Positions 1-9,268 are shown, numbered from the stretch's first letter. The stretch: 64,000 nucleotides of DNA from an uncultured Solirubrobacterales bacterium (GCA_963841445.1 CAWJCP010000010.1:5420-69419); one strand, 5' to 3'. Notes: generated from the sequence alone by a model not told the origin. A program made the numbers and translations.

Positions 1-1170
1 CTCCAGGGCCTCGACGTTGGCGGCGAGCTCGGCCTCGATCGCATCGGCACCTTCGGTCATGCCCTTGGCCAGCGTCGCGACCTCGCCGACCTTCTGGGTC
101 GCGAAGGCCATCCAGGAGCGCAGCTCGGCGTCGAGGTCGGGCTCGGCGTCGAGGTCGACCGGCGTGTGCAGCAGTGAGCAGGAGGTCGAGACGACGAGCT
201 CGTCGGCGATGTCACCGAACTCGTGCAGCTCCTCGAGGCTTGCCTGCAGGTCGTTGATCCAGACGTTTCGCCCATCGACGATGCCGGCGAAGAGCGTCTT
301 GCCGTCGAGGGGGCCGACGTCGCGGGCGATGCCGGCGTTCTCGCGCCCGAGCACGAAGTCGAGGCCGATGCCGTCGACTGGGGTCTCGCGCAGCACCGCG
401 TAGGCGTCGCCGGCGTGGTCGAAGTAGGTCTTGACCAGCAGCCGGGTGCGCTCGTGGACCTTGGCGAGCTCCTGGTAGGCAAGGCGCAGCGCGTCGAGCT
501 CGCGCTCGGAGCGACTCATCACGAAGCAGGGCTCGTCGAGCTGCACCCATTCGGCGCCGTGCTCGGCGAGGCGCTCGATCACCTCTCCATAGACGCCGAG
601 CAGCGGCTCGATGAGGCTGAGGCGGTCAAAGCTCTCATCGGCCCCGTCGGCCGGCTTGGCGAGCAGCAGCAGCGAGACCGGGCCGATCAGGACCGGCACC
701 GTGGAGATGCCCAGCGCCTCCTCGGCCTCGACGTACTCGTCGAACGGCTTGCTGGCGGAGAGCGAGAAGCTCGTCTCCGGGCCGAGCTCGGGGACTATGT
801 AGTGGTAGTTGGTGTCGAACCACTTCACCATCTGCATCGCTGTCACGTCGACGCCATCCGCCTGGCGGCCACGGGCCATCGCGAAGTAGGTCTCGAGGTC
901 GACGTCGCCGCCGTCGTGGCCGTAACGGTCGGGGACCGCGCCGACCAGCGCGCAGGCGTCGAGGACCTGGTCGTAGAGGGAGAAGTCGTTGGACGGGATC
1001 AGGTCGATCCCGGCGTCCTGCATGAGCCTCCAGTTCGCGCGCCGGATCTCGCTGCCGGTCGCGGCCAGCTCCTCAGCTGAGGTCTCGCCGCGCCAGTGGC
1101 TCTCGGCGGCGAACTTGAGCTCGCGGTTGGGTCCGATGCGCGGGAAGCCCGCGATGTTGGAGAGGGCCAT
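1..1170 (-). CDS. metE: Cobalamin-independent methionine synthase, N-terminal ~390 aa. The 3' end lies beyond the left window edge.
   Basis: Absent from the ORF track because it has no stop in the window. The reverse complement from ATG at 1170-1168 reads MALSNIAGFPRIGPNRELKFAAESHWRGETSAEELAATGSEIRRANWRLMQDAGIDLIPSNDFSLYDQVLD...VKWFDTNYHYIVPEL, the canonical MetE N-terminal domain. The frame stays open to nt 1 (...KGMTEGADAIEAELAANVEALE). Confidence 0.85.
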   Translation of the reverse strand, partial: MALSNIAGFPRIGPNRELKFAAESHWRGETSAEELAATGSEIRRANWRLMQDAGIDLIPSNDFSLYDQVLDACALVGAVPDRYGHDGGDVDLETYFAMARGRQADGVDVTAMQMVKWFDTNYHYIVPELGPETSFSLSASKPFDEYVEAEEALGISTVPVLIGPVSLLLLAKPADGADESFDRLSLIEPLLGVYGEVIERLAEHGAEWVQLDEPCFVMSRSERELDALRLAYQELAKVHERTRLLVKTYFDHAGDAYAVLRETPVDGIGLDFVLGRENAGIARDVGPLDGKTLFAGIVDGRNVWINDLQASLEELHEFGDIADELVVSTSCSLLHTPVDLDAEPDLDAELRSWMAFATQKVGEVATLAKGMTEGADAIEAELAANVEALE

Positions 1171-1200
1171 AGGAGATTGAGGCTACAGAAGCGGTTGCGG

Positions 1201-3522
1201 TCAGACCGAGGCGGCGTTGCCGCCCGAATCGCGGGCCGGAGGATAGGGGCTGAGGCGAACCGGTGCGGCGGAGAGCGCGCGCAGGCGCATGTCGCTCCAG
1301 GTCATCCCCTCGCGGACCAGGGCGGGAAGCCCGAGCGCGACCGCGGTCGCGATCTCGATCCCCTGCAGGATCACGCCGTAGGCAAGCGCGTTCGCGGAGC
1401 CAATCCCGAACCCGGTGGTGAGCACGCTGATCACAGCGAGCTGGAAGATGCCGATGTTCGAGGGCGTTGCGGGGACGACCGCAGTGACATTGACTGCGAA
1501 AAGAACCGCCGCCGCGGCGCCGATCCCGGCGCGATGGTCGAGCCCGAGGGCGACGAGCAGCGCCCAGCAGGCGGCGAGCTGGATCGCCCAGGCGCCGAGC
1601 TGGGCGGCGGCGGCAATCGCGCCGCGGCGCGGATCGCGGAATACCCGCAGCCCGCGCCGTACCTGAACCACGGCGCCGCGGGCGCTGCGCGCGAGCCGGC
1701 CCAGGCGTCCGCTGCCGCTGCCCCGCATCAGCGCCGGGGCCAGCAGCACGATGACCAGGATCGCCATGGGGACGAAGCTGAAGGCGAACAGCTTCTGAGA
1801 GCTGGAATGGAACAGGTCGGTGCTGGCGACGATGATGACGCCGAGCAGGACCAGCGCGACAAGGTTGAGCACCGTCTGCGAGACCAGGGTTCCGAGCAGG
1901 ACGGGGAAGGTCTCGCGCATGCGGCCGGTGCGCCGGGCGAGGACCATTGCCCTGGCCGGCTCGCCGAGGCGCGCCGGCAAGGTCGCCGACATCAGCACCC
2001 CGATCATCGTCGCCGAGGTCACGTCGCGGCGCCGCAGCGGCCGGTTGGGCAGCGCCGCGCGGGCGATCGTGAACCAAGAGGCGGCGCGCATGAACATCGA
2101 AAGCGACATCAGCGCGAACGCGATCGTGACCCAACCGAAGTCGGAGCGCACGATGCTCTCGACGACGTTGGATACGCCGATCTTGTTCGCCGCCAGCGCG
2201 GTCAGCCCGAGGCCGAGCACCGCGGCGACGCCGAGCCCGATGCGGCGGGCGGCGCGCCGGCCACCGCCCCCCTCGGAGGAGGGCTGGGGATCAAGTGACG
2301 GAAGCCTGCGCGCGGGACGCGGCGGGCCGCCGTCGGCGCGCATCAGCCCGACGTCGCGGGCGACCTTCTGGACCCTGGTCTGCGGTGCGGGAGCCGCGAT
2401 CGCGCGGTCATAGACGTGAGTGACCTGGTCGGCGACGTGGGGCCAGGCGTAGCGCCGGGCGCTGCGGCGTGCAGCCTCGCCCATCTCGCGAAGCTGTCGA
2501 CGGTCGTGGTGGGCGCGCTGCAGCTCCTCGGCGAGCCGCTGCGGGTCGGCGGGCGGCACCAGCACCCCGTCGACGCCGTCGCGGACGACGTCGTTGTAGC
2601 CGGCGATGTTCGAGGCGATCACCGGGGTTCCGGCCGCGAAAGCCTCGGTCAGGACCATCCCGAAGCTCTCACCCGAAAGCGAGGGGGCGCAGAGCACGTC
2701 GGCCTCGTGAAGCGCCCACCAGAGCTCGTCGCCGGAGACCCGGCCGCGGGCCTCGATGTGCTCGGCCAGCTCCGGGTCGGTGAGGTAGCGCGAGATGTCT
2801 CCCTTCTCGGCCCCGACCACGACGAGGCGGCAGGGAACGTGCTCGACCAGTCCGCCGAGCGCGGTGAGCAGAACGGGCAGGCCCTTGCGCTCCTCCGGGC
2901 GGCCGACGAACAGCAACCGCAGCTCCTCGCCGGAGGACTTCGGCCCCGCCGGAGCGGCATCGATATCGACGCCGTTGGGGACGATCGCGTACTCGCCCCC
3001 GAACCAGCGGCGTCCGGTCCAGGCAGCTGCCTCGGAGACGGCGATTCGGGCGGAGAGCTTGTTGAAGGCCCGGCGGGCGCCGAGCAGGGTCGCAACGTGG
3101 TTGGGGAAAGCCTTGGTCGAGTAGGCGTGGAAGGTCCCGACCAGCGGCGCCCTGGTGCTGAGCATCGCGTCCCATCCGATCGTCGGAGCTACCGGCTCGT
3201 GGACGTGGACGACGTCAAAGCCGCCCTCGCGCAGCTCGCGGCGCATGCTCGTCACCGCATCCGGGGAGGCCGACAGATTGGAGACGGCGCCGTTGGCGGC
3301 GAAACCGATCGTGCGGCCGAGCGGGATCAGGTAATCGGGGCGCTTGCGCGGCTCGGCGTCGGCACGGTGAAGCCAGCGGCTGAGCCGATCAGGTGGATCC
3401 CACGGGGCGAGCACCCGCACGTCGTGGCCGCGTCCGAGGAACTCTTCGGCCAGGGCCTCCACGTGCCGGTTCACTCCGCCCTGATAGGTCCAGGAATAGG
3501 GCGAGACCAGAGCAATGCGCAC
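1201..3522 (-). CDS. Fusion protein: N-terminal GT4 glycosyltransferase (PimA-like) plus a C-terminal multi-TM flippase-like / lysyl-phosphatidylglycerol-synthase-TM-like domain
   Basis: 773-aa ORF with a GTG start. The N-terminus reads MRIALVSPYSWTYQGGVNRHVEALAEEFLGRGHDVRVLAPWD and contains ...GESFGMVLTEAFAAGTPVIAS (GT4 E-x7-E region). The C-terminal ~330 aa are hydrophobic helices typical of the UPF0104/LPG_synthase_TM family. Confidence 0.8.
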   Translation of the reverse strand: MRIALVSPYSWTYQGGVNRHVEALAEEFLGRGHDVRVLAPWDPPDRLSRWLHRADAEPRKRPDYLIPLGRTIGFAANGAVSNLSASPDAVTSMRRELREGGFDVVHVHEPVAPTIGWDAMLSTRAPLVGTFHAYSTKAFPNHVATLLGARRAFNKLSARIAVSEAAAWTGRRWFGGEYAIVPNGVDIDAAPAGPKSSGEELRLLFVGRPEERKGLPVLLTALGGLVEHVPCRLVVVGAEKGDISRYLTDPELAEHIEARGRVSGDELWWALHEADVLCAPSLSGESFGMVLTEAFAAGTPVIASNIAGYNDVVRDGVDGVLVPPADPQRLAEELQRAHHDRRQLREMGEAARRSARRYAWPHVADQVTHVYDRAIAAPAPQTRVQKVARDVGLMRADGGPPRPARRLPSLDPQPSSEGGGGRRAARRIGLGVAAVLGLGLTALAANKIGVSNVVESIVRSDFGWVTIAFALMSLSMFMRAASWFTIARAALPNRPLRRRDVTSATMIGVLMSATLPARLGEPARAMVLARRTGRMRETFPVLLGTLVSQTVLNLVALVLLGVIIVASTDLFHSSSQKLFAFSFVPMAILVIVLLAPALMRGSGSGRLGRLARSARGAVVQVRRGLRVFRDPRRGAIAAAAQLGAWAIQLAACWALLVALGLDHRAGIGAAAAVLFAVNVTAVVPATPSNIGIFQLAVISVLTTGFGIGSANALAYGVILQGIEIATAVALGLPALVREGMTWSDMRLRALSAAPVRLSPYPPARDSGGNAASV

Positions 3523-3585
3523 CCCGGGAATCGTAGAGGACGCCCGGGCCGGCTTCAGGCACCGAGATTTGGGTCCAAGCCAGCT

Positions 3586-5634
3586 TCAGGCACCCGGAGT
3601 CACGCCGCCGGCCGGCTCATCCTGCCTACGCAGGGGGCCCGCGCTCGCCGCCTGTGTCCAGGCAAAAGCCGCGAAGAGCAGCAGATAGATGCTGCCCACC
3701 TCGAGCAGCAGAGCGCCGGAGTCGTTGGCGACCGTGGCGACGATGGTCGCCAGGGCAGCGCCGAGGAAGCCGGCCCGAAAGGCCGGCGCCGGCGCCAGCC
3801 AAGCGAGAATCCGCTCGTGGAAGCGCAGCGCGACCGCGATTCCGATCACGGCGACCCAGAGCAGCGGCGCGTCGACGGCACGAGCGAAGCTGTGAGCGGA
3901 GAGGCGCAGGCGGCGCTCGGCGACGTCGCTGAGCTGATGCAGGCCGCCGGCGTCAAGAACCGAGCGGGTGAGGTGCGAGTTCCCGCCCAGGGCGAGGTCG
4001 AGGACGGCGAGGGCGCCGAGCGCGGCGATCGGGGCGGCGATGACCAGAAGCACGGTGCGGCGCGCGGCGCCGAGCGCCGCGACGGCAGCCGCGGCGCCGA
4101 CCGGGAGGACGATCGCGGCGCCGACGTCAGCGCCGAAACGGCCGAACGAGAAGACGAAGGCGAAGCTCAGCGCGACGACCAGAAATGCGGTGGCGGCTGC
4201 GCGCGCCGGCAGATCGGGGCGCCAAGCGGTGATCGCCGCCCCGGTTCCGACCAGGATCAGGGGCACCAGCGTCGCCTCGAGCTCGTTGCCGATCCCATAG
4301 AAGCGCACACCCAGCCCTGGGTCGGGACCGATCAGCGAGAGCGGGGTCAGCGGCGAGCCCGCGATCACATCGATCGCGAAGGCGAGCGTGGTCAGCCCGC
4401 AGGCCACGGCCAGCGACCGGTAGCCGGGCAGGAGCCGAAGCGTCGCCGCCGCGAGCAGCGGAGCCCCGACTCCGACGATCAGCCGCTCGACCGCCTCGCT
4501 GGGCTCCAGCGCCGCGGCGACCAGCAAGGCCAGCGGCAGGTAGACGGCGGAGAGGGCGAGCATCCCCACGATCCGCCTGCCGAGCGCGCCGCGGCTGGCG
4601 ATCGCAGCGAGGGCGGCGAGCGCGAGCCAGATCAGGGCGCTGGCGCCGATCACCGAGCCGCGCCGGTGAATGATCGAGGCGAGCCGATCCCCGAGTGAGG
4701 TCACGGCGCCGAAGTCGCGGCTGCCCTCGCTGCGAATCGGCTGCCCGGACATCTGCGACGGGACCGGCAGCCCGAGTCGGTCAAGAATCGTCGGCGCCAG
4801 GTCGGTGGAGAGGACGTAGCCGCGCAGCCGGGTGCTGTCGGAGGTCAGGTTGCCGTCAAAGCCGCGCCCCGCGAGCCCGATCGTCAGCTGGTGGTCGGGG
4901 GCCGGCGGCGGGCGCTCGATCGCGACCAGCAGGTCGTTGCCGCGCAACGAGCGAACAAGTGGTCCGAGCTGGGCGACCGCGGCGTCGCGGACGCACACGG
5001 TGGCGTCGCAGTCGCTGAGACCGATCCTGGTGCGAGCGGGCAACGGGCGCCGCGGTCCCCCGAAGCGCCGCGCGATCCCGTTGCGATCGGCGGCGATCAG
5101 CGCCGGCAGGGTCAGCCCCGAGTCCGCGACGATCGTCCTTCGGCTCGGCTTCAGCGCCGCTGCAAGCAAGCCCGGAACGATGTCGGCCGGGGCCGAGTCG
5201 GCCCGCTCGACGATCCGCCGCCATCGCGGCACCAGCGGGCCCAGCGGCCTGGTCCAAGGCAGCGAGCCCACGTAGAGGCTCTCCGAGACGCGGTTGCCTT
5301 GACCGATGTCGAGGTAGGTCTGCTCGGCGGGGACCGAGCCGATGCCGGCGCTGAGCAGCCCCGGCGCGATCCCACCGACCCGCTCGAGGTCCCCGACCGA
5401 GGTCCGACTTGGCAGCAGCGCCAGGATCACCTGGGGCCCGTGTGCGACGCCCTTTGCGGAGGCGATCGGGGGCGCCGCCACGATCCCTGCCACAGCGGCC
5501 AGCGCCGCCCAGAGCGCCAGGCGGCGAAACCTATACTCAGGAGCGGTGGCCGATCGAACCTTCGCCAAGTTCACCTTCTTCAAGATCGATCCGGCCTGGC
5601 GCCGGCGGGATGACGAGCTGCGTGCCGACGACAA
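3586..5634 (-). CDS. Integral membrane protein of unknown function (extracytoplasmic N-terminal half, polytopic C-terminal half)
   Basis: 682-aa ORF with a signal-anchor-like RRLALWAALAAVAGIVAAPPIASA and many hydrophobic segments in the C-terminal half. The start is uncertain. The longest start (5634) would overlap hemQ by ~90 nt. An in-frame GTG at 5574 preceded by GAAGAAGG is an alternative. Confidence 0.6.
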   Translation of the reverse strand: MSSARSSSSRRRQAGSILKKVNLAKVRSATAPEYRFRRLALWAALAAVAGIVAAPPIASAKGVAHGPQVILALLPSRTSVGDLERVGGIAPGLLSAGIGSVPAEQTYLDIGQGNRVSESLYVGSLPWTRPLGPLVPRWRRIVERADSAPADIVPGLLAAALKPSRRTIVADSGLTLPALIAADRNGIARRFGGPRRPLPARTRIGLSDCDATVCVRDAAVAQLGPLVRSLRGNDLLVAIERPPPAPDHQLTIGLAGRGFDGNLTSDSTRLRGYVLSTDLAPTILDRLGLPVPSQMSGQPIRSEGSRDFGAVTSLGDRLASIIHRRGSVIGASALIWLALAALAAIASRGALGRRIVGMLALSAVYLPLALLVAAALEPSEAVERLIVGVGAPLLAAATLRLLPGYRSLAVACGLTTLAFAIDVIAGSPLTPLSLIGPDPGLGVRFYGIGNELEATLVPLILVGTGAAITAWRPDLPARAAATAFLVVALSFAFVFSFGRFGADVGAAIVLPVGAAAAVAALGAARRTVLLVIAAPIAALGALAVLDLALGGNSHLTRSVLDAGGLHQLSDVAERRLRLSAHSFARAVDAPLLWVAVIGIAVALRFHERILAWLAPAPAFRAGFLGAALATIVATVANDSGALLLEVGSIYLLLFAAFAWTQAASAGPLRRQDEPAGGVTPGA

Positions 5635-6256
5635 GCGCGAGTTCCTCGCCGCCTGCGAGGACTTCGCGATCGACCGCTCGCTGCGCGCCTACTCAACCAT
5701 AGGAACCAGGGGCGACGCCGACCTGCTGCTGCTCTCGCAGAGCCCTGTGCTCGATGACATCCACACCTTCCACGTGGTGCTCGGGCAGAGCGGGCTGGCG
5801 CGCTGGTCGACAACCCCGTACTCCTTCCTCTCGATGACCAAGAGCTCCGCGTACTCGGAGGAGAAGGCGCGGCCGGAGATCTGCGTCTCGGCGCGCAAGT
5901 ACCTGTTCCTTTATCCGATGGTCAAGAAGCGCGAGTGGTATTCGCTGCCCGCCGAGGAACGGGGGCGGATCATGCGCAGCCACATCGAGGTCGGCCGCCG
6001 GTATCCCGAGATCTCCCTCAACACGACCTACTCCTACGGCCTCGACGACCAGGAGTTCGTCGTCGCCTTCGAGGGCGACGATCCCGGGCAGTTCCTCGAC
6101 CTCGTGCAGGAGCTGCGCCCGACCGAGTCGAGCGCCTACACCGAGCGCGAGACCCCGATCTTCACCTGCGTCGCGATGTCGGTCGCAAAGGCGCTCGACG
6201 CGATCGACGGCCAGGCGGCCACGGCGGTCCCGTCAGAGCGCCTGGTGCGGACATGA
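5546..6256 (+). CDS. hemQ: Chlorite-dismutase-family coproheme decarboxylase (HemQ/ChdC)
   Basis: The motif run ...YLFLYPMVKKREWYSLPAEERGRIMRSHIEVGRRYPEISLNTTYSYGLDDQEFVVAFEGDDPGQFLDLVQELRPTESSAYTERETPIFTCV is diagnostic. I place the start at GTG 5546, preceded by AGGAG (5539-5543), rather than the track start at 5342, which overlaps the upstream membrane gene. Confidence 0.8.
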   Translation: MADRTFAKFTFFKIDPAWRRRDDELRADDKREFLAACEDFAIDRSLRAYSTIGTRGDADLLLLSQSPVLDDIHTFHVVLGQSGLARWSTTPYSFLSMTKSSAYSEEKARPEICVSARKYLFLYPMVKKREWYSLPAEERGRIMRSHIEVGRRYPEISLNTTYSYGLDDQEFVVAFEGDDPGQFLDLVQELRPTESSAYTERETPIFTCVAMSVAKALDAIDGQAATAVPSERLVRT

Positions 6257-6669
6257 CCAGCGCCGATGACCTCTTCGGCCAGGAGCACATCGACACCTAT
6301 CGGGCAACCGACGGCGAGACCGGCCACGACTGGAAGGGCGCCCACGTCCTGCTGCTGACCACGACGGGGCGCAAGTCGGGCGAGCCGCGGACGACTCCGC
6401 TGATCTACGGCCGTGAGGGGGGCAGCTACTTGATCGTCGCCTCGAAGGGGGGCTCCGACGAGCCGCCCGCCTGGTACCGAAACCTCGAGCGGAACCCGAC
6501 CGTCGAGATCCAGGTCAAGGGCGACCGCATCAGCGCCCACGCCCGCGACGCAAGCGCGGAGGAGAAGCCGGCGCTCTGGAAGCTGATGACCGAGCAATGG
6601 CCCGACTACGACACCTACCAGCGCAACACCGAGCGCGAGATCCCGGTCGTCGTGCTGGAGCCCGCCTGA
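6253..6669 (+). CDS. Deazaflavin (F420)-dependent oxidoreductase, nitroreductase/DDN family (FDOR)
   Basis: MTSADDLFGQEHIDTYRATDGETGHDWKGAHVLLLTTTGRKSGEPRTTPLIYGREGGSYLIVASKGGSDEPPAWYRNLERNPTVEIQV matches the PF04075-type pattern. ATG 6253 overlaps the hemQ stop (ATGA). Confidence 0.75.
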   Translation: MTSADDLFGQEHIDTYRATDGETGHDWKGAHVLLLTTTGRKSGEPRTTPLIYGREGGSYLIVASKGGSDEPPAWYRNLERNPTVEIQVKGDRISAHARDASAEEKPALWKLMTEQWPDYDTYQRNTEREIPVVVLEPA

Positions 6670-6722
6670 GCAGGCAGCCGGCGCGGCGCGAGCCCCACTC
6701 GCCTCTATCCTTCCCGATTCGC

Positions 6723-8141
6723 ATGAGCGCCCCAGGCAACCCGGACAACCCGATTCGCGTTGCGGTGATCGGCGCCGGCCCGGCCGGCTTTTATGTCTCC
6801 GAGCACCTGCTCAAGCAGGAGCCGCTGGAGATCGAGGTCGATCTCTTCGATCGCCTGCCGACCCCCTTCGGGCTCGTCCGCGGCGGCGTCGCGCCGGATC
6901 ATCCGAAGATCAAGTCGGTGACCCGTGTCTACGAGAAGACCGCCGCCCGCGACGGCTTTCGCTTCTTCGGCAACGTGAAGCTCGGAGAGGATGTCTCGGT
7001 GGAGGATCTCGAGCGCCACTACCACGCGATCGTCTACACCTTCGGCGCCGAGACCGACCGCCATCTCGGCATTCCCGGCGAGGACCTGGAAGGGAGCCAC
7101 GCGGCCACCGCCTTCGTCGGCTGGTACAACGGCCACCCCGACTACGCCGGGGAGAGCTTCGACCTCTCCTGCAAGCGGGCCGTGGTGATCGGCAACGGCA
7201 ACGTCGCCACCGACGTGGCGCGAATGCTGGCGCTGACCGAGTCGGAGCTGCGCGAGACCGACACCGCCGACCACGCGATAGAGGCCCTGGCCGGAAACGG
7301 GATCGAGGAGATCGTCGTGCTCGGCCGCCGCGGGCCGGCCCAGGCTGCGTTCACGAACCCCGAGCTACGCGAGCTCGGCGAGATGAAGCAGGCCGACGTC
7401 GTCGTCGACCCGGCCGAGATCGAGCTCGACGAGCGCAGCCGTGCCTACCTGGAGTCAGACGAGGCCGACATCACGGTTCGCAAGAACGTCGGGATCCTGA
7501 CCGAGTTCTCGCAGCGACCGCTGGAGGGAAAGCCGAAGCGGATCATCCTGCGCTTCCTGCGCTCGCCGATCGAGCTGCAGGGTGACGGCAAGCTGGAGAA
7601 GGTGGTGATCGGCCGCAACGAGCTGGTCGAGCGCGATGACGGCTCGCTGCGCGCCAACGACACCGGCGAGCGCGAGGAGCTCGAATGCGGGCTGCTGCTG
7701 CGCTCGGTCGGCTACACCGGGATCGGTGTCGAAGGAGTCGCTTTCGACGAGCGGCGCGGCACGATCCTCAACGCGACCGGCCGGGTGCTGGAGGCGGAGG
7801 GCGCCGGCCACCGCGCCGGCCATTACACCTCGGGCTGGATCAAGCGCGGGCCGAGCGGCGTGATCGGCACGAACAAGAAGTGCGCCCAGGAGACCGTCGA
7901 CGCGCTGCTCGAGGACATCGATGCCGGCATCCTCGGCGAGCCGGAGGCGCCGCAGCCGGAGGCGGTCGACGACCTGCTGCGCGAGCGCGGGGTCGACTTC
8001 GTGAGCTTTGCCGGCTGGCGGGCGATCGACGCCGCCGAGGTCGCGCGCGGCGAGCCGCATGGGCGACCGCGGGTCAAGTTCGTGCGCGTCGAGGAGATGC
8101 TGGAAGCGGCGCGCGACTCGGTTGCCGCAGGTAATTCCTGA
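6723..8141 (+). CDS. fprA: Ferredoxin--NADP(+) reductase, adrenodoxin-reductase-like (FprA type)
   Basis: MSAPGNPDNPIRVAVIGAGPAGFYVSEHLL...FDRLPTPFGLVRGGVAPDHPKIK...HAATAFVGWYNGHPDY. The start is taken at ATG 6723. The track start at 6597 overlaps the FDOR gene. Confidence 0.8.
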   Translation: MSAPGNPDNPIRVAVIGAGPAGFYVSEHLLKQEPLEIEVDLFDRLPTPFGLVRGGVAPDHPKIKSVTRVYEKTAARDGFRFFGNVKLGEDVSVEDLERHYHAIVYTFGAETDRHLGIPGEDLEGSHAATAFVGWYNGHPDYAGESFDLSCKRAVVIGNGNVATDVARMLALTESELRETDTADHAIEALAGNGIEEIVVLGRRGPAQAAFTNPELRELGEMKQADVVVDPAEIELDERSRAYLESDEADITVRKNVGILTEFSQRPLEGKPKRIILRFLRSPIELQGDGKLEKVVIGRNELVERDDGSLRANDTGEREELECGLLLRSVGYTGIGVEGVAFDERRGTILNATGRVLEAEGAGHRAGHYTSGWIKRGPSGVIGTNKKCAQETVDALLEDIDAGILGEPEAPQPEAVDDLLRERGVDFVSFAGWRAIDAAEVARGEPHGRPRVKFVRVEEMLEAARDSVAAGNS

Positions 8142-8144
8142 TCC

Positions 8145-8417
8145 ATGGCTGACCTGGCAGAGCTGAAATCGATGATCGAGGCCGCCCTGCCGGGCGCCGA
8201 GGTCGAGGTGGTCGACGAGACGGGCGGCGGAGACCATCTCCGTGCCACCGTCGTCGCCGCCCAATTTGAGGGGATCAGCCGCATCGACCAGCACCGCCTC
8301 GTCAAGGCCGCTGTCCAGGAGCGCTTCGACGACGGATCGATCCACGCCCTCTCGCTGAGGACATCGGTGCCGCCCGCCTCCTCCGCTTCGCGTCCGGGCG
8401 CGGGCGGGTCCGAGTAA
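8145..8417 (+). CDS. BolA family protein
   Basis: 90 aa. ...VEVVDETGGGDHLRATVVAAQFEGISRIDQHRLVKAAVQERFDDGSIHALSLRT is a typical BolA core. It starts 3 nt after the fprA stop. Confidence 0.75.
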   Translation: MADLAELKSMIEAALPGAEVEVVDETGGGDHLRATVVAAQFEGISRIDQHRLVKAAVQERFDDGSIHALSLRTSVPPASSASRPGAGGSE

Positions 8418-8439
8418 GGACCTGAGTAACCTTCCCCCT

Positions 8440-8829
8440 ATGAGCCAACCTGAGCTGAAGGAAAAGGTCGAGCAGCTGATCGGCGACAACCAGGTGCTGC
8501 TGTTCATGAAGGGCACCCCGGAGATGCCGCGCTGCGGCTTCTCGATGCGGGTCGTAGGCGTGCTCGACTCGCTCGGGGTCGACTACGGCGCGATCGACGT
8601 GCTGCAGGCGCTGGAGCCGCTGCGCGAGGTGACCGGCGAGATCTCCGACTGGCGCACATTCCCGCAGCTCTACGTCAACGGCGCACTGCTGGGAGGCTGC
8701 GACATCGTCGAGGAGCTGTACGAGTCCGGCGAGCTCGCCGAGCAGCTCGGAGTCGAGCAGCCGGCCGAGGCGACAGCGCCTCAGGCGCAACCGGGCCAGG
8801 CGCCGCCGCTCCAGATCGACCAGAACTAG
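8440..8829 (+). CDS. Monothiol (CGFS-type, Grx4 family) glutaredoxin
   Basis: VLLFMKGTPEMPRCGFSMRVVGVLDSLGVDYGAIDVL...WRTFPQLYVNGALLGGCDIV contains the CGFS active site and the conserved WPT(F)PQLY motif. Confidence 0.85.
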   Translation: MSQPELKEKVEQLIGDNQVLLFMKGTPEMPRCGFSMRVVGVLDSLGVDYGAIDVLQALEPLREVTGEISDWRTFPQLYVNGALLGGCDIVEELYESGELAEQLGVEQPAEATAPQAQPGQAPPLQIDQN

Positions 8830-8845
8830 CGCGAAGCAGCGCTAG
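8826..8845. terminator. Stem-loop CTAGCGC-gaagca-GCGCTAG between convergent grx4 and the HesB-type gene (possible bidirectional terminator)
   Basis: 7-bp perfect inverted repeat read directly from the sequence. It overlaps the grx4 stop codon. There is no U-tract, so the function is uncertain. Confidence 0.3.
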
Positions 8846-8890
8846 CAGCCCGCCAACGAGGCGGCGCAGCCCGCTCGTCGGCGTGCGGCG

Positions 8891-9268
8891 TCAGACGTTC
8901 GCGGTCTGCTGGTCCGCGTCCTCGCGGACCTGGAACGAGGAGCCGCAGCCGCAGGCGGCGACGACGTTGGGGTTGTTGACGCAGAACCCGGCGCCCTGCA
9001 GCCCCTCGACGTAGTCGACCTCGGAGCCGAAGACGAACTGCATGCTCGTCTTGTCGACGATCACCGAGACGCCGCGATCGTCAAAGACGTGGTCGTCGTC
9101 CTTGCGGCGGTCAAACGCGAGCGCGTACTGAAAGCCTGAGCAGCCGCCGCCGCGAACCGCAACCCGCAGGGCCTGGCTCTCGGCGTCGTCCTGGCCGGCG
9201 AGCAGCTCGCGGACCTTGTCCGCGGCCTTGTCGGTCAGGGTGATCGCTGCTTCTGGCGTTTCGGTCAT
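8891..9268 (-). CDS. HesB/IscA/ErpA-type iron-sulfur cluster insertion (A-type carrier) protein
   Basis: ITLTDKAADKVRELL...LRVAVRGGGCSGFQYALAFD...CGCGSSF carries the three conserved Cys of A-type carriers. Confidence 0.85.
   Translation of the reverse strand: MTETPEAAITLTDKAADKVRELLAGQDDAESQALRVAVRGGGCSGFQYALAFDRRKDDDHVFDDRGVSVIVDKTSMQFVFGSEVDYVEGLQGAGFCVNNPNVVAACGCGSSFQVREDADQQTANV

Noticed and set aside
223-1080. 285-aa plus-strand ORF (and neighbouring ORFs 17-403, 57-482, 212-550) overlapping the metE region
   Set aside because: The composition is that of an antisense or out-of-frame shadow in high-GC DNA. The opposite strand in another frame gives an unmistakable MetE N-terminal sequence.
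2416-4698. 760-aa plus-strand ORF. Similar long shadow ORFs occur at 1096-2298 (+), 1073-2134 (-), 25108-26172 (-), 27373-28311 (-), 29285-31135 (+), 35717-37258 (+), 36336-37376 (-), 41097-42047 (-), 42869-44509 (+), 45874-47118 (-), 58810-60231 (-) and 60264-61652 (-).
   Set aside because: All are Arg/Gly/Pro/Asp-rich with no recognisable motifs. Each lies opposite to, or out of frame with, a gene that has clear family signatures. This is typical of stop-codon-poor high-GC sequence.
5342-5545. Upstream part of the hemQ track ORF, and the 5409-5702 and 4891-5613 plus-strand ORFs
   Set aside because: They overlap the 5' end of the divergent membrane-protein gene and have no HemQ similarity. 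GTG 5546, with an AGGAG RBS, fits the conserved HemQ N-terminus.
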